A stretch of 64,000 bases of DNA from an uncultured Chloroflexia bacterium. GTDB taxonomy: Bacteria > Chloroflexota > Chloroflexia > Thermomicrobiales > UBA6265. How positions within the stretch are numbered: the first letter of the stretch is position 1; the number at the start of each line of letters is the position of its first letter. The stretch is from positions 9,157 to 73,156 of the forward strand of contig CAVTUU010000012.1 of NCBI GenBank assembly GCA_963737985.1, written 5' to 3'. Shown piece after piece: positions 31,001 to 41,924 of this stretch. The translations under genes and the position numbers were made by a program. Below the pieces are notes generated by a model. That model saw nothing but the letters and a program-made list of their open reading frames with translations. It made no database searches and was not told where the DNA came from.

Positions 31001-34000
31001 CTCATGCGAGAAGGTCACCTTGTTCAGCGTATCGGCCACGATAGTGATCGTTTGCGGCGCCGCGAGGAGGAATCCTTCGGGCGGGCTCGTCTCGGTGATC
31101 TTGAGCGAACCGACGTTCAGTCCGTCGAATCGGACTTCGCCCGGCGCGTTGCTGAGGTCACCATCTCCCTGGTCGCAAACATCGTTCGAGGCAAAGGTGA
31201 AGCATGCCCCACCGATAGCGTTGCCGTCCTGATCCTGGACCAGGATTTGCAGATTTCCGGTCGCCGGCGCCTCCGCCGTGTTGTTGAAGGTCGCGGTGGC
31301 TGTTTGTCCAGCAACAACGGTCAGGTCTTGGTCTGGACCGGCCGAGAAGCCGTCCGCCGCCTGCGTTTGGGTCGCGGTGTAATCGCCAGCCGGAACATCA
31401 TTGATTGAGATGATGCCCGGTTCGCCATCCTCGTCGCCGGTTCCGTTGTCGCAGATCGGCCCGACATCAGTTGCGCCGCTGAGCGCGAAGCAACCACCTT
31501 CGAGCGGGTTGCCATCGGGATCGAGACTTGTGATTTCGACCGTACCGTTTTGCTGAGCGGGCGGCACGATCGGCGGCTGCGTCGCTGTCGGCGGTTCCGT
31601 CGTTGGCGTGTCGGTCGGAGCCGTGGTTGCGGTGTCGGTTGGAGCCGACGTTGCGGTATCAGTTGGCGGAACTTCCGTTGGCGTTTCGGTTGGTGGAACC
31701 TCGGTCTCCGTCGCCGTGGGGGTCTCCGTCGGTGGGACAGCGGTCGGTGTCTCCGTCGGAAGCGGCGTCGGCGTTTCAGTCGGCGGCACTTCTGTCGCGG
31801 TTTCGGTTGGTGTGGCCGTATCCGTTGGCGCCTCGGTCGGCGTCTCGGTCGGCGTCTCCGTCGGCGTCTCGGTTGGAATGGTGGTTGCCGTTTCAGTCGG
31901 TGTGTCGGTTGGAACTTCGGTCGCGGTCTCAGTCGGCGTCTCGGTCGGGATCGGTGCGTCCTCGACCACGACGTTGGTCTGCTTTCCGGCATCGACGACG
32001 ACTTGCTGATCCGGGCCGGTTTCGAAGCCCTCTGGCCCGCTGTCTTCGTGCAAAGTGTATGTGCCCGCAGGCACCTTGGTGAAGAGCAGGATGCCATCTT
32101 TGCTTGTGCTGTCACCGGCCTGGTTATCGCAAGCCTGGAAGGTCGCCGGACCAGAAAGAGTGAAGCACGCGCCGAGCAGCGGTTCATCGCCGCCTGCCGG
32201 CACTTTCGTGATCTTCACCTTGCCGGGCTGCGGTGTGTTCTGGACGGTCAGCTCCGCCGTTTGTCCAGCGGTGACGTCAACTTGCTGATCGGCGCCGGGA
32301 TCGTATCCGTCTGGCGCTTGTGGCTCGCTGACCGTGTGTGTCCCGGGTGCGACACCATTGATCACGATGGAACCGTCTGCTGGATCGCCGTCGTTCGCGT
32401 CGTTGTCACAAATTGGCTGTCCACCATCGACCGCGAAGCATGCGCCAGCGAGCGCATTACCGTTCTCATCGGTCTTCGTGATGTGGATCGAACCTGCCGA
32501 AACAGACACCGCGAAGGTGACAGTGGCCGTCTGACCGGCGGTCACATCAACATCCTGCGAGGCCGGATCGGATGGGTCGTAGCCGTCGGGCACGGAATTC
32601 TGGATCACCGTGACTGTGCCGACCGGCAAACCGTCGACCGTGATCGAACCGTCGCCGTCGTCATCGCACTGTTGCCCTTGATCGCCAACGTCGTAGCAGG
32701 CGCCGCCGACCGCGTTGAGATCGCCATCCTGCGTACTGATGGTCAGCGAACCGGTGGCTGGCTGGTTCTGAATCGTGAGCGTGGTCGGCTGGCCACCTTG
32801 AACGGTGATGTCTTGGTCTTGTGCCGGTACGTAGCCATCGGGAGCTTGTTCGCTGAGCGTGTAGGTTCCCGCCGCGACGCCGGTGAACTGGATCACGCCG
32901 TCGCTAGCATCGGCATCATCAGCATCTCCGTCGCAAAGCGGGCCATAGGTTTGATCGCCGGTCAACGTGAAGCAGGCGCCGGCGAGTGGATTGCCGTCCG
33001 CGTCCTGCTTGGTGATGATCACATCACCGGTTGGGACTGGCGTTTCAGTCGGTTCTGGTGTTTCGGTTGGCGGAGCAGTCGGTTGATTTTGAATATCGAC
33101 CGGCGTGTCCTGACCCGCCGTGATGTCGAAATCGACACCGGCAGCAAGGTCGTACCCATCCGGCGCGGTCGTTTCGTCGACGTGGTGTGACCCTTCGGCG
33201 AGGCCTTCAATACGGATAGTGCCGTCGGCCGGATCGGTATCAGTCCCGTCGTTATCACAGACTTCCGCGCCGCCATCGACGCTGAAGCAGGCCCCCGCTT
33301 GGAGGTTGCCGTTTTCATCGGTCTTGGTGATCACGAGGGCGCCGGTTGTTGGCTGCGGCGCGCCCTCTGTCAAGGTCACGTCAGCTTCGGATCCAGCCTC
33401 GACCGTGGCCGTTTGCGGCTGGGCCAATTCGTTGCCGACCTGCGGCTGTTGTTCGCTGACTGTGTAATCGCCCGGCGTCAAATTCTGAACGAGGATGACC
33501 CCGTCTGCGGGATTGTCGTCGCCCGACTGGTTGTCGCAGACGCTCAGACTTTGCGCGCCGCTGATATCGACGCAAGCACCCTGGATCGCGAAACCATCGG
33601 GATCGGTGATGGTGATCCCGAGCGATCCAGCGGTGGGCGCCTCAGGGGTGTTGACGACTGTCGCTTCGTTGAGCTGACCGCCGGTAACACTGACGTCGCT
33701 GTTTTCTGGTTTGGAGTAACCCTGTGGCGGCGTCGCTTCCGACAACCGGTAGGTGCCCTCGGCCAGTCCAGTGAAATTAACGTCTCCGTCCTCGTTCCCG
33801 TCGTCACCGTCGCATGCCTGGACTTTCTCGCCTGGCGTGCCGGTTTTCGGCGTGAGCGAGACGCACGCGCCCGGCAGCGCGTTGCCCTGGTCATCCTGAA
33901 TGTGGATGACGATATCGCCGGGTGGGACCTCGGTCGGCACCTCCGTCGCGATGGTGGTCAACTGGACCGGGAAATCGCCGCCCTGATCGCCGACGGTGAT

Positions 34001-35342
34001 CGTTGTCGTGTCAAAGCCTTGATAGCCATCCGGAACCGACGCGACCGCCAGACTGTGGTCGCCCGGCAGAACCTGGTCGAAGACGACCACGCCATCGCCA
34101 TCGTCGTCACAAACGCCGTTGCCGCCATCAAGCGAGTAGCAGGCAAAGGCCACCACATTCCCATTCTCATCGACCGAGCTGATGGTGATTTGAACCGGTT
34201 GCGCCTCCGGTGGAATCTCTTCAGTCGGCGTCTCTTCTTCAGGCGGGGTGATTTCGCCACCCTCTTCGGTCGGCGTCTCTTCCTCCGGCGGCGTAATCTC
34301 GCCACCTCCGGCGGTCAGTTGAACGTTGTTGTCACCTTCGTTGATCTGGATCTGCTGACCATCGACCGTTGGTTGGCCATCCGGCGTGTTCGACTCTTCG
34401 AGATCGACCTGACCACTTGGCGGGCCGTCGGGGAAAGCGAGTGTGATGATGCCATCCTCAGCCCCGTCGCTGATGTCGCAGGCTTGGCTGGCGACATCGT
34501 TTCCGTCATAGGCGGAGAAACATGCGCCCGGAAGTGGATTCCCGTCGGCATCGGTGAGCTGGATCGTGAGGGTTGCCGGTTGGATGACGTCTTTGGTGGT
34601 GATGTTGCCATTACCATCGACTTCGACGTGCGCCCGCGCCGGATTGTCGCTGCTGATTTGGTCCGGATTGCCGACTGGCTGACCGTCGAAGATTGCCTGG
34701 ATATTGACCGGACCACCGGGCAAATCGAAGTTGACCTCGTAGCCGCCGTCGTTCTTTGGCGTCATCGCGAATTGTCCGGAGTCAGTCTGGAGCACGGCGG
34801 CATGTTCGGAGGCGATCGCCTGAATCTCGCCAGTTAGCGCGTTGTATTCGAAATAGGTGTTAATCGTGTTGTCAGGGACGTTGAGTCTGAATATCGCCGC
34901 CGTCCGGATCGCCGCCTTCACCGAATGAGCGATCGATATCGCTCGAGGCGACAACGCGGAACGTGTAGTCACCCGGCGGCACCGGGATATTCGCGCTCCA
35001 CGTGCCGTCGTTGTTGTTCTGTAGCGCGGTGATGTCGCAGGTCTTATCAAAATCCTGCGGACAACCGAGGGCGGCCTGGAACGTGCCCGCGACCACCACA
35101 CGATTCGGAGCTGGGAAGGGGGGCGGAGTGTTCGGTTTCTGATCTTTCAGCGCGGTGAGTCGCGAACCGCTCGGCGCCGGACTTGCCGTCGCCATCATTG
35201 GCGACAAGAGCCCAGCGAAAAGAATGAGAACTGTCAGCGCATGGACAAAATTGGGCGCTCCCCTGCCTAATTTCCTGCGGCTACGCGGAGCGATCCATTT
35301 AATGGAAGCTAAGGACGAAAACCGGCGATTAGGGGCACGCAT
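28007..35342 (-). CDS. Giant cell-surface protein (about 2,445 aa): signal peptide, N-terminal CBM-like beta-sandwich, about 17 Cna-B/SpaA (prealbumin-fold) repeats, three Cys-rich C-terminal domains, LPXTG-like anchor; one frameshift near 34890
   Basis: Repeat signature D..GN.L.GACF.L...(n)..CD...(n)DG.I.F..L..G.Y.L.E...P.GY occurs about 17 times. ORF 34872-35342 gives MRAPNRR...[15 protein letters not shown] plus the first domain. The C-terminus is PPNTG + hydrophobic helix + RRRRLVA. GGAGGA RBS. Confidence 0.85.
31560..31955. repeat. Coding low-complexity (T-E-T-P)n linker inside the giant protein
   Basis: About 130 codons of [19 protein letters not shown]... A similar shorter linker lies in the S8 protease at about 24945-25075. 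Confidence 0.8.
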
Positions 35343-36053
35343 GTGCGTCCTCCAGAGATTAGATGACGCCGGTGCGGGGAGCGCATCGTTGAGCGCCGCG
35401 CCGTCCCCTTTTCGGCAAACATAGGACAGCTTTTTTCAAATCGATTCGATGGCCGTTTCAGATTCGGCCAACTTCACACAATCGAATAGGACTCTTGCTG
35501 GTTGACTTTGTACGCGACCGCCTGCGCGCCCGCGAGGGAATTTGCTTAACGCTAACGTAGCACGCCCGCGTCCTGCGTCAACCCGCCAAAATCTGTATCG
35601 CCCCGCAGATCGAAGGCGCTTCGCGCCACCCCTGCATGATGAGAAACGAGCAATGCCGACTTTCCGTTTCTCGTTGGGTCAACATGTTTGTGATCAGAGA
35701 GACCAGGCAACAGTTTCCCTGGCCTGAAACTTGTGAATCTCAGCAAGAGTCGTGGCAAGCCAAGGCCTGCAAACGCTTTGACTGCTGGTCCAATTCAGAT
35801 AAATCCAAGCGATTCCTGGCATGTCTAAATGCAGATGCTCTAGACTCGGTTGAATAATCCTGACGTCAAGACTGATGAGCGACTGGCCGTTACAGAATCT
35901 GTGCGTTGAAGTGAGTTGCATTCTCGGATAGGCATCTTAATGCTTAGGATCACGCTCTGGCCTCGTGTTGGAGAAATGGAGACATGCCAGACTTGATAGC
36001 ATCCGGGACGGCCGTCCAGTCACTCCGATCGGCGGTGTGGGACCTGAGAACTA

Positions 36054-38588
36054 ATGTCAAGAGCTGAGGCGGTTCCAAATATTCGATCAATGCCTAGAGA
36101 GCGGCCACGCTCGGAAATTGCCGCCACTGTTTGGTCATGGCTAGCAACAGACTGGGCAGCAATTGTTCTCCTTTGCGGAATTACCGCTCTTGTCACTTGG
36201 TACAAGTCTAGTTTCGATATGTGGCTTGCCCGCGGCGACAATCTTCAATATTACATGCCGTATTACAACCTCCTTGGCCAGCAACTGCGTGACCTGCACA
36301 TCCCCGGCTGGAATCCTTATCAGTTCTCCGGCACAACCTTAGCCGCCGATCCCCAATCCGGCTGGATGCAAATTCCGGTTATGGCGGCGACAGTTTTCCT
36401 TGATCCCATTCCGGCCTTTAAGGTGATGATGACGGTGAACGTTACGATCGGCGTGATTTCAACCTATGCGCTCGGTCGTGTCCTTGGCATGGGCAGACCT
36501 GCCAGTCTCGTCGGCGCAATCTCGTTTGGCTTCATCACTCTGATCCAATTCAATACGTTTTGTTGCACCATTTATGGCAACCTGGCCCCGTGGATACCAG
36601 TGGCCCTCCTCGGCATTGAAATAGCGACACGAACGCGCAACCGACTGTACTTCCTCGCTGGGATCTTCGTCGCTGGTCTGGCGCTGAGCCAGATGATCGC
36701 GGCCTGGATCGGCCAAGGCGCGTATTACGCGCTCATCATCACCGGAAGTTACGTGCTCTACCGCACTGTGATCTCACCGCAAAGAGAAGGCTTGACGATT
36801 AAGCAACGACTACTAGCTCTAGGGGTGACAGCTGCCGTCTTACTCTTGATCACGTTCGCCTTGGGCGCCGCCGCGCTCTTGCCTCGTCTCGATATTAATC
36901 GTTACACGAATTTGGCCGGCGGCAACTACGACGCTCTAGATGCGGCTAGTGGCAACGGCTGGTCTCTACCGCTACTCTTTGTCCGTGTTCTTGATCCCGA
37001 GTGGGACTTCCGACGATTGTATATCGGAACAATAGTTGTGATGCTGGCGCTCCTCGCGCCCGTTGTCGCCCGCAAGCGATTTGCGGTTCCATTTTTCACG
37101 GCATTCTCAATCATCTGCCTTATCTTGACACTTGACCGTACTCCTATCCACTCGCTCTTTTACCTTCTGCCCCAATTCCGCGTACTTCATACACACAATG
37201 TATCTCGCATTTTAGGAGTGTTTTACATTGGTCCATCAATGCTCGCAGCTGCGAGCATTGAATCGCTCGTGCACATGCGCGCGCGCTCAAAAACACTGTT
37301 GATTGCTCTTATTCCACTGCTGTTCTACGCGGGTATAGGACTCTACCTCCGAGCCAACGATCGCATGCTGCCTGGACGGGTATGGATCTTGGTCGGCGTA
37401 GGGACACTTCTCCTCCTAGGACTCCTCATCCTTCGGCTGAATCACGACTGGCCGTTTTTCAAATCAGCGCGTCACTTCGCTGTCGCAATTCCGTTCTTGT
37501 TTGCCCTTCTCATCTTAGTCGATCCGTTAGGCATGGAGTTCATCGAGTCGGTCCGTGGGCATTCGAGTTACCCACTCTATGATTCGCAGTTGACCAATCA
37601 GGCTTTAATCGAGGCGCGGGTCCAGACATATACGGATAGCGCGGACAAACAAGGAGCAGGCGGCTTCTTGGCAGAACAGGAGGATGAGCAGGGCGCTCCG
37701 GTACGATACTTCGGCTACGATCCGGCTGGTCTCCGCACTGATGACGAGACTGGATCGAGCTACCAAGCACAGGTGGCATCGCCGGTCATGCAAGCGCTCC
37801 TTGTCGGGTCACGTGCCACTTCGATTGGAATCGATGATATTCAGGGCTACAACCCAATTCAAATCCAGCGTTATGTCGATCTGATACGGCAAATTAATGG
37901 GGTCACCCTGAATTACCATGATGCCTGGATTCTGCCCTCCGGTCTCGATTCACCGCTTCTTTCACTTCTCAGCGTAGATTACATCGTCGTTCCGAGTACG
38001 ATTCCACTCACTGACACTCGTCCTGACCTGAGTCACTTAAGGCAGACACATAAGACTGTCTTCAATAATCAAACTGTTCGCGTTCTTGCCAACCCGAATG
38101 CACTTCCTCGGGCCTGGATCGCCCATAACGTGCAGCAAATGCCGAAGGACCGGATTCTTGACGCGCTCGTGTCGGGCAGTGTCGATCCGCGGCAAACCGC
38201 GATCATCGAGACGACCGCGCCAAAGTTTGCCTCAACTCCACCGCAGGGTGAGGATCAGGTTCAGTTCACAACCTACGACGCCAATCACCTGGCGATGGAT
38301 GTCAACGCGGCGAGCGACGGCATGCTCGTGCTCAGTGAGATTTACGTTCCGGGCTGGAATGCCTACGTCGATGGCAAGAAGACCGATGTTTACGCAACCG
38401 ATTACGCATTGCGCGGCGTTGCGTTGACCGCCGGCAATCACCACGTGGAGCTCCGCTACGAGCCGGCCCCGCTCAAGCTTGGAATCATCATTTCCGCAAT
38501 CGCGGGAATCGCAATGGTGATCGTCTTCGCCTTGGCCCTCTGGTATTGGCGCCGCGATCGACGAACGCGGGCTGGCCTTCCTTCCTAA
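36054..38588 (+). CDS. YfhO-like polytopic membrane protein (GT-C-type glycosyltransferase family)
   Basis: More than 12 hydrophobic helices. C-terminal extracytoplasmic domain ending in the typical VLSEIYVPGWNAYVDGKKTDVYATDYALRGVALTAGNHHVELRYEP plus a final TM helix. Start uncertain (alternative ATG at 36090). Confidence 0.75.
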   Translation: MSRAEAVPNIRSMPRERPRSEIAATVWSWLATDWAAIVLLCGITALVTWYKSSFDMWLARGDNLQYYMPYYNLLGQQLRDLHIPGWNPYQFSGTTLAADPQSGWMQIPVMAATVFLDPIPAFKVMMTVNVTIGVISTYALGRVLGMGRPASLVGAISFGFITLIQFNTFCCTIYGNLAPWIPVALLGIEIATRTRNRLYFLAGIFVAGLALSQMIAAWIGQGAYYALIITGSYVLYRTVISPQREGLTIKQRLLALGVTAAVLLLITFALGAAALLPRLDINRYTNLAGGNYDALDAASGNGWSLPLLFVRVLDPEWDFRRLYIGTIVVMLALLAPVVARKRFAVPFFTAFSIICLILTLDRTPIHSLFYLLPQFRVLHTHNVSRILGVFYIGPSMLAAASIESLVHMRARSKTLLIALIPLLFYAGIGLYLRANDRMLPGRVWILVGVGTLLLLGLLILRLNHDWPFFKSARHFAVAIPFLFALLILVDPLGMEFIESVRGHSSYPLYDSQLTNQALIEARVQTYTDSADKQGAGGFLAEQEDEQGAPVRYFGYDPAGLRTDDETGSSYQAQVASPVMQALLVGSRATSIGIDDIQGYNPIQIQRYVDLIRQINGVTLNYHDAWILPSGLDSPLLSLLSVDYIVVPSTIPLTDTRPDLSHLRQTHKTVFNNQTVRVLANPNALPRAWIAHNVQQMPKDRILDALVSGSVDPRQTAIIETTAPKFASTPPQGEDQVQFTTYDANHLAMDVNAASDGMLVLSEIYVPGWNAYVDGKKTDVYATDYALRGVALTAGNHHVELRYEPAPLKLGIIISAIAGIAMVIVFALALWYWRRDRRTRAGLPS

Positions 38589-38599
38589 ATCAAGGAAAT

Positions 38600-39130
38600 T
38601 TCCCAACCCAAGCATTCCCTCACCCCCAACCATGCCCAGACGGAATGCGCGGCAGTGGGGAGCGCGTTTCCGGTGTAGGCGTAGGCTCAGCGACCGCCAC
38701 CCGGGAATCAATTCCCGGGCTACTGACCGGAAGTCGGCTCAAGCCGACTGCACCGGCGAATGCACCATCCTGTTTCGTAGCGGCGTACGGCTGTACGCCG
38801 CTACGACGACAGGGGCTCGTGGTCAGTCCAGGCGGTATTTCATCGTCTTGTCCCAGGATTTCAACCCCGGATGGGCGAGCCAACCACGACCGCACAGCCC
38901 TCATCCCGGCGCTACGCGCCATCCCTCTCCCTTGCGAAGGAGAGGGATGCATTTATCCGGATTCCTTCATGACTCAGGCCCTCTCCCTGCGCATCAGGGA
39001 GAGGGCAGCCGCAAAGCGGCGGGTGAGGGTTGTTCCCGGGTGAGGGTAGTCCCGAGTGGGGGCAGCAGGTTCGTTCTCCACTCAGCCAAACGCCAACCGG
39101 CCCCGGGAATACCCGGGGCCGGTTGGCCGA
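38600..39130. repeat. Intergenic repeat cluster
   Basis: 38700-38756 is a copy of 22423-22481. 38774-38799 is identical to 4302-4327. CCCTCTCCC...GGGAGAGGG hairpins at 38921-38948 and 38979-39005, with another at 48516-48539. Confidence 0.75.
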
Positions 39131-39208
39131 TCAACTATGGATGATGAAAAGAGTGCTTAGGCGTTGATCGCGAGTCGGCGGTCCCCCATCCATTGTCCGC
39201 CGGCGGAA

Positions 39209-40054
39209 TTATCCAATCAGTGCGCCAGCAGCCACGCTGGCGAATTGCAAGGTTGTTGATGATGACTTCGCATTATTGCGCGGGCGCTCACGCTCGAGCG
39301 CGAGCGCGGCGAGATTTGCCATGCCCTGCGCGAGACCGAACTGCTCCAGGTTGAATTGGAGGTCGCGACCACTGCGGTCGGCGAGGATCAGTCCGAGACG
39401 GCGACTGCCGACGCGAAGCGGGAGGACAAGCACTGAAGAGGCGTCGCGGAGTGAGCCAAACGCATGACCGTTCTCGTCAAGGTACTCGATCTCGACGCCC
39501 TGCTTATCCATAAAATAGGAAGCGCCGCCGGGAATCTCTGCCAAAGAAACCGAATCAGGTAGGTCAGTCAGCGGCAGCCCGAATCGCGCCATCAATGAAG
39601 TGTGAACATACTTTTCGTCCAGCGCCCATATCTCGACGCGCTTGAGGTCGAGCACATCAGCGATGCGGTCGGCGATCAGTGGCAGGAATTCTTTCGCGGA
39701 AACGCCGCGCGCCGACGCGTCGACGACTTGCAGCATGACCGAGAGTTGGCGGGCCAGCTCAACCCGCTCGCCTGAGGCGAGATCGATAAGGGCTGGAGCC
39801 GCATCGGTCTGCGGCGTGCGGCGCCGGTACTTACGTGGCGCGCGCTCCACCATCGGCCGCCATGCCTGGAGATCGGCCGCCGTGATGAAGGCCATCTTGC
39901 CAAGCCGCTGGGCCGGCAATTTGCCACGGCGCACTGCGCGTGAAACGGTGTGGTAGGACACACCTTTCAGACGGGCAGCCTCCGCCATTGTGTACACATC
40001 GCCCCCACCAGATACAGCCGAGGCGAATCCTTGGGAGCCATTCTCAGCCACCAA
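39209..40054 (-). CDS. Transcriptional regulator, excisionase/MerR-type HTH fused to a GAF domain
   Basis: YTMAEAARLKGVSYHTVSRAVRRGKLPAQRLGKMAFITAADL, then a roughly 150-aa GAF-like region. GTG start with an AAGGAGGA RBS. Confidence 0.7.
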   Translation of the reverse strand: MVAENGSQGFASAVSGGGDVYTMAEAARLKGVSYHTVSRAVRRGKLPAQRLGKMAFITAADLQAWRPMVERAPRKYRRRTPQTDAAPALIDLASGERVELARQLSVMLQVVDASARGVSAKEFLPLIADRIADVLDLKRVEIWALDEKYVHTSLMARFGLPLTDLPDSVSLAEIPGGASYFMDKQGVEIEYLDENGHAFGSLRDASSVLVLPLRVGSRRLGLILADRSGRDLQFNLEQFGLAQGMANLAALALERERPRNNAKSSSTTLQFASVAAGALIG

Positions 40055-40068
40055 ATCCTCCTTTTACA

Positions 40069-40087
40069 CGAACATCAACATTGTTCG
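40069..40087. promoter_or_regulatory. Inverted repeat CGAACA-N7-TGTTCG just upstream of the HTH-GAF regulator RBS
   Basis: Perfect 6-bp arms, 15-33 nt upstream of the GTG start. Candidate autoregulatory operator. Confidence 0.3.
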
Positions 40088-40410
40088 GCATCATATCACC
40101 AAACGGCCGCGATGTAGCGACCAGCTCTGGACACATTGTACTGGATTTTATCAATGTGTTTTAACAACATGGTGAGTGTAGCCCGGATTACGCTCATGCC
40201 CCGTCTTTATGTTGTCAGTCGTTTCGGCTCACTGCCTGATTTCGGGCAAGTCGTACGGTGGATCTGTCTATTTATTCGCTGATGTGCTCACTACAATCGG
40301 ATTTGATAATATCAGAAGCAGAAGTGCCGAAAAATCGTCGTTCTTCATGCAGCTTATTCTGCGCGAAATCCGTCCGCGGTAACCTGCCATCCGCACTTCT
40401 TTATCGGAAT

Positions 40411-41511
40411 TTACCTCATAAAACCTTGTACATCATTTGGTGACTTTCGATGATGACAAATGTCACTGAGTAACTTCCTGTCGCCAGCCTGCCGCTGGTC
40501 GATGAACACATGCGTTACGCCAAGCTCGGCCAGCGCTGCTAATCGTTCCTTAACCAGCTTCAGATCACCAACGACCGCCAAATGCGCCATGAGGGCCGTT
40601 GGAATCAGGTTGCGAGCTGCCTCAAGATCCCCGCTACGGCGCAATTCGGGGAATCCGCCGCCGTGGGCAAGGACTTCATCGGTCTTCATCACTCGCCTGA
40701 CTTCGGTGATGATCTGTTCAACGTCGAACCCAGGAGTTTCGATCAGCCGCTCCATCCCAGGCAGCGCGTGGATCATGGCGATGGTTGCTTTGCGCCGTTC
40801 GAGCTCAGGCTCGGGATTATCGGTCACGTAAATGCCGGTGCGGGCAAAAAAGGAAAGTGATGCCGGGTCTCGATCCGAGTCCTCCGCAGCCGTTTTCACC
40901 CGCCCAATTGCGTCTTGCAGATATTCGATCGAAGCAAGTTCATTGAATAGCACCCCGTCCGCGCAGCGACCGGCCAACGCCAGCGCCTTTGGTCCCGCGG
41001 CGGCCAGGTAGATCGGTGGACGTTCGAACGGGGCTACGGTTCGCTCCCAATTGTTCACCGCGAAGTGTCCACTGGAGCTGGCGCGGTGATCGCCGGTCCA
41101 CCAACTGGTCAAGAGATCGATCGTCTCTTCCAGCCCCTCGAGCGGATTGCCGGTGCTGATTCCAAGCGCTCGTTGGTACCACTCGGTCTGTCCTCGGCCG
41201 AGGCCGAGGAAGGCTCGCCCGCCCGAGAGTTGATCGATCGTCGAGACAGAAGCCGCGATGAGGTTGGGATGCCGGTGGTATGGGTTAGTGACGCCAGTGC
41301 CGAGTCGCGCGTGCGACGTCTGTATCGCGACCGCGCCGAGTACGGCGAAGGCGTCCCATCCGTCGGGATCTTCGCTCACCCAGATCGATTCGATCCCGGC
41401 GGCGTCGGCGGCCCGAGCCGTCGCGAGCAGTTTGCCGGGTGAAGCGCGATCACCGGTTGTCCAAGGCTGGTGGGAAAACGCTACGCAATATTTCAGGGAT
41501 GTGTGAGGCAT
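40411..41511 (-). CDS. LLM-class (luciferase-like) flavin/F420-dependent oxidoreductase
   Basis: IWVSEDPDGWDAFAVLGAVAIQT, LGTGVTNPYHRHP, SGGRAFLGLGRG, typical of the TIM-barrel LLM pattern. Confidence 0.8.
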   Translation of the reverse strand: MPHTSLKYCVAFSHQPWTTGDRASPGKLLATARAADAAGIESIWVSEDPDGWDAFAVLGAVAIQTSHARLGTGVTNPYHRHPNLIAASVSTIDQLSGGRAFLGLGRGQTEWYQRALGISTGNPLEGLEETIDLLTSWWTGDHRASSSGHFAVNNWERTVAPFERPPIYLAAAGPKALALAGRCADGVLFNELASIEYLQDAIGRVKTAAEDSDRDPASLSFFARTGIYVTDNPEPELERRKATIAMIHALPGMERLIETPGFDVEQIITEVRRVMKTDEVLAHGGGFPELRRSGDLEAARNLIPTALMAHLAVVGDLKLVKERLAALAELGVTHVFIDQRQAGDRKLLSDICHHRKSPNDVQGFMR

Positions 41512-41538
41512 GAGCGTTGGGTCCCACCAGCATTCACA

Positions 41539-41832
41539 TTAGCCTTCTTTCGGCCGGTAATAGAGGAGGATGCCGCCGTGGCGTTCATCGCCGGTGCGAC
41601 TCGCCACACCTTCCGTGCCATCGTGCATCGTGAACGGATCGCCCCGCTCGAGTTCGTCGGCCTGCTCCTTAGAGACAACCTGGGCGAACAAACCGTGTCG
41701 TGGGCATTCCCAAACGCCGGGATAACCCGCGACCGGACGCATCCGATGACGATCGCGTGGGTGCGTGCGCCCAACTTCACAAAGCGGATTTGGCCCGCTC
41801 GACTGCTGAGACTCCATTCCTGCTCTGTCCAC
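41539..41832 (-). CDS. Hypothetical small protein
   Basis: GC3-rich frame between the SBP and LLM genes on the same strand. No recognisable motif. The start is uncertain; an internal ATG gives about 67 aa. Confidence 0.35.
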   Translation of the reverse strand: MDRAGMESQQSSGPNPLCEVGRTHPRDRHRMRPVAGYPGVWECPRHGLFAQVVSKEQADELERGDPFTMHDGTEGVASRTGDERHGGILLYYRPKEG

Positions 41833-41924
41833 CCCTTCACACGTTCATCGACACATTCTGCCTGCCCTGCCTGCTGCCTGCCGCCTGCCAAGTATGCCAC
41901 CGGTGGTGGTGAGCTCGACGTGGG

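Noticed and set aside
31321-34837. Very long alternative-frame and antisense ORFs inside the giant adhesin gene (for example 31321-32187 minus, 31550-33190 plus, 33299-34837 plus; 288-546 aa).
   Set aside because: Their translations are R/P/G/C-rich low-complexity strings without motifs. They are shadows of a high-GC, highly repetitive gene whose own frame shows clear domain repeats.
40069-40087. CGAACA-N7-TGTTCG read as a second LexA box.
   Set aside because: The half-site spacing is incompatible with the GAAC-N4-GTTC motif seen at recA. It is more likely a specific operator of the adjacent HTH-GAF regulator.
41539-41832. Rieske-like motif (CPRHG) in the small ORF.
   Set aside because: Only one Cys/His pair is present and its order differs from CxH...CxxH, so no [2Fe-2S] site can be formed.
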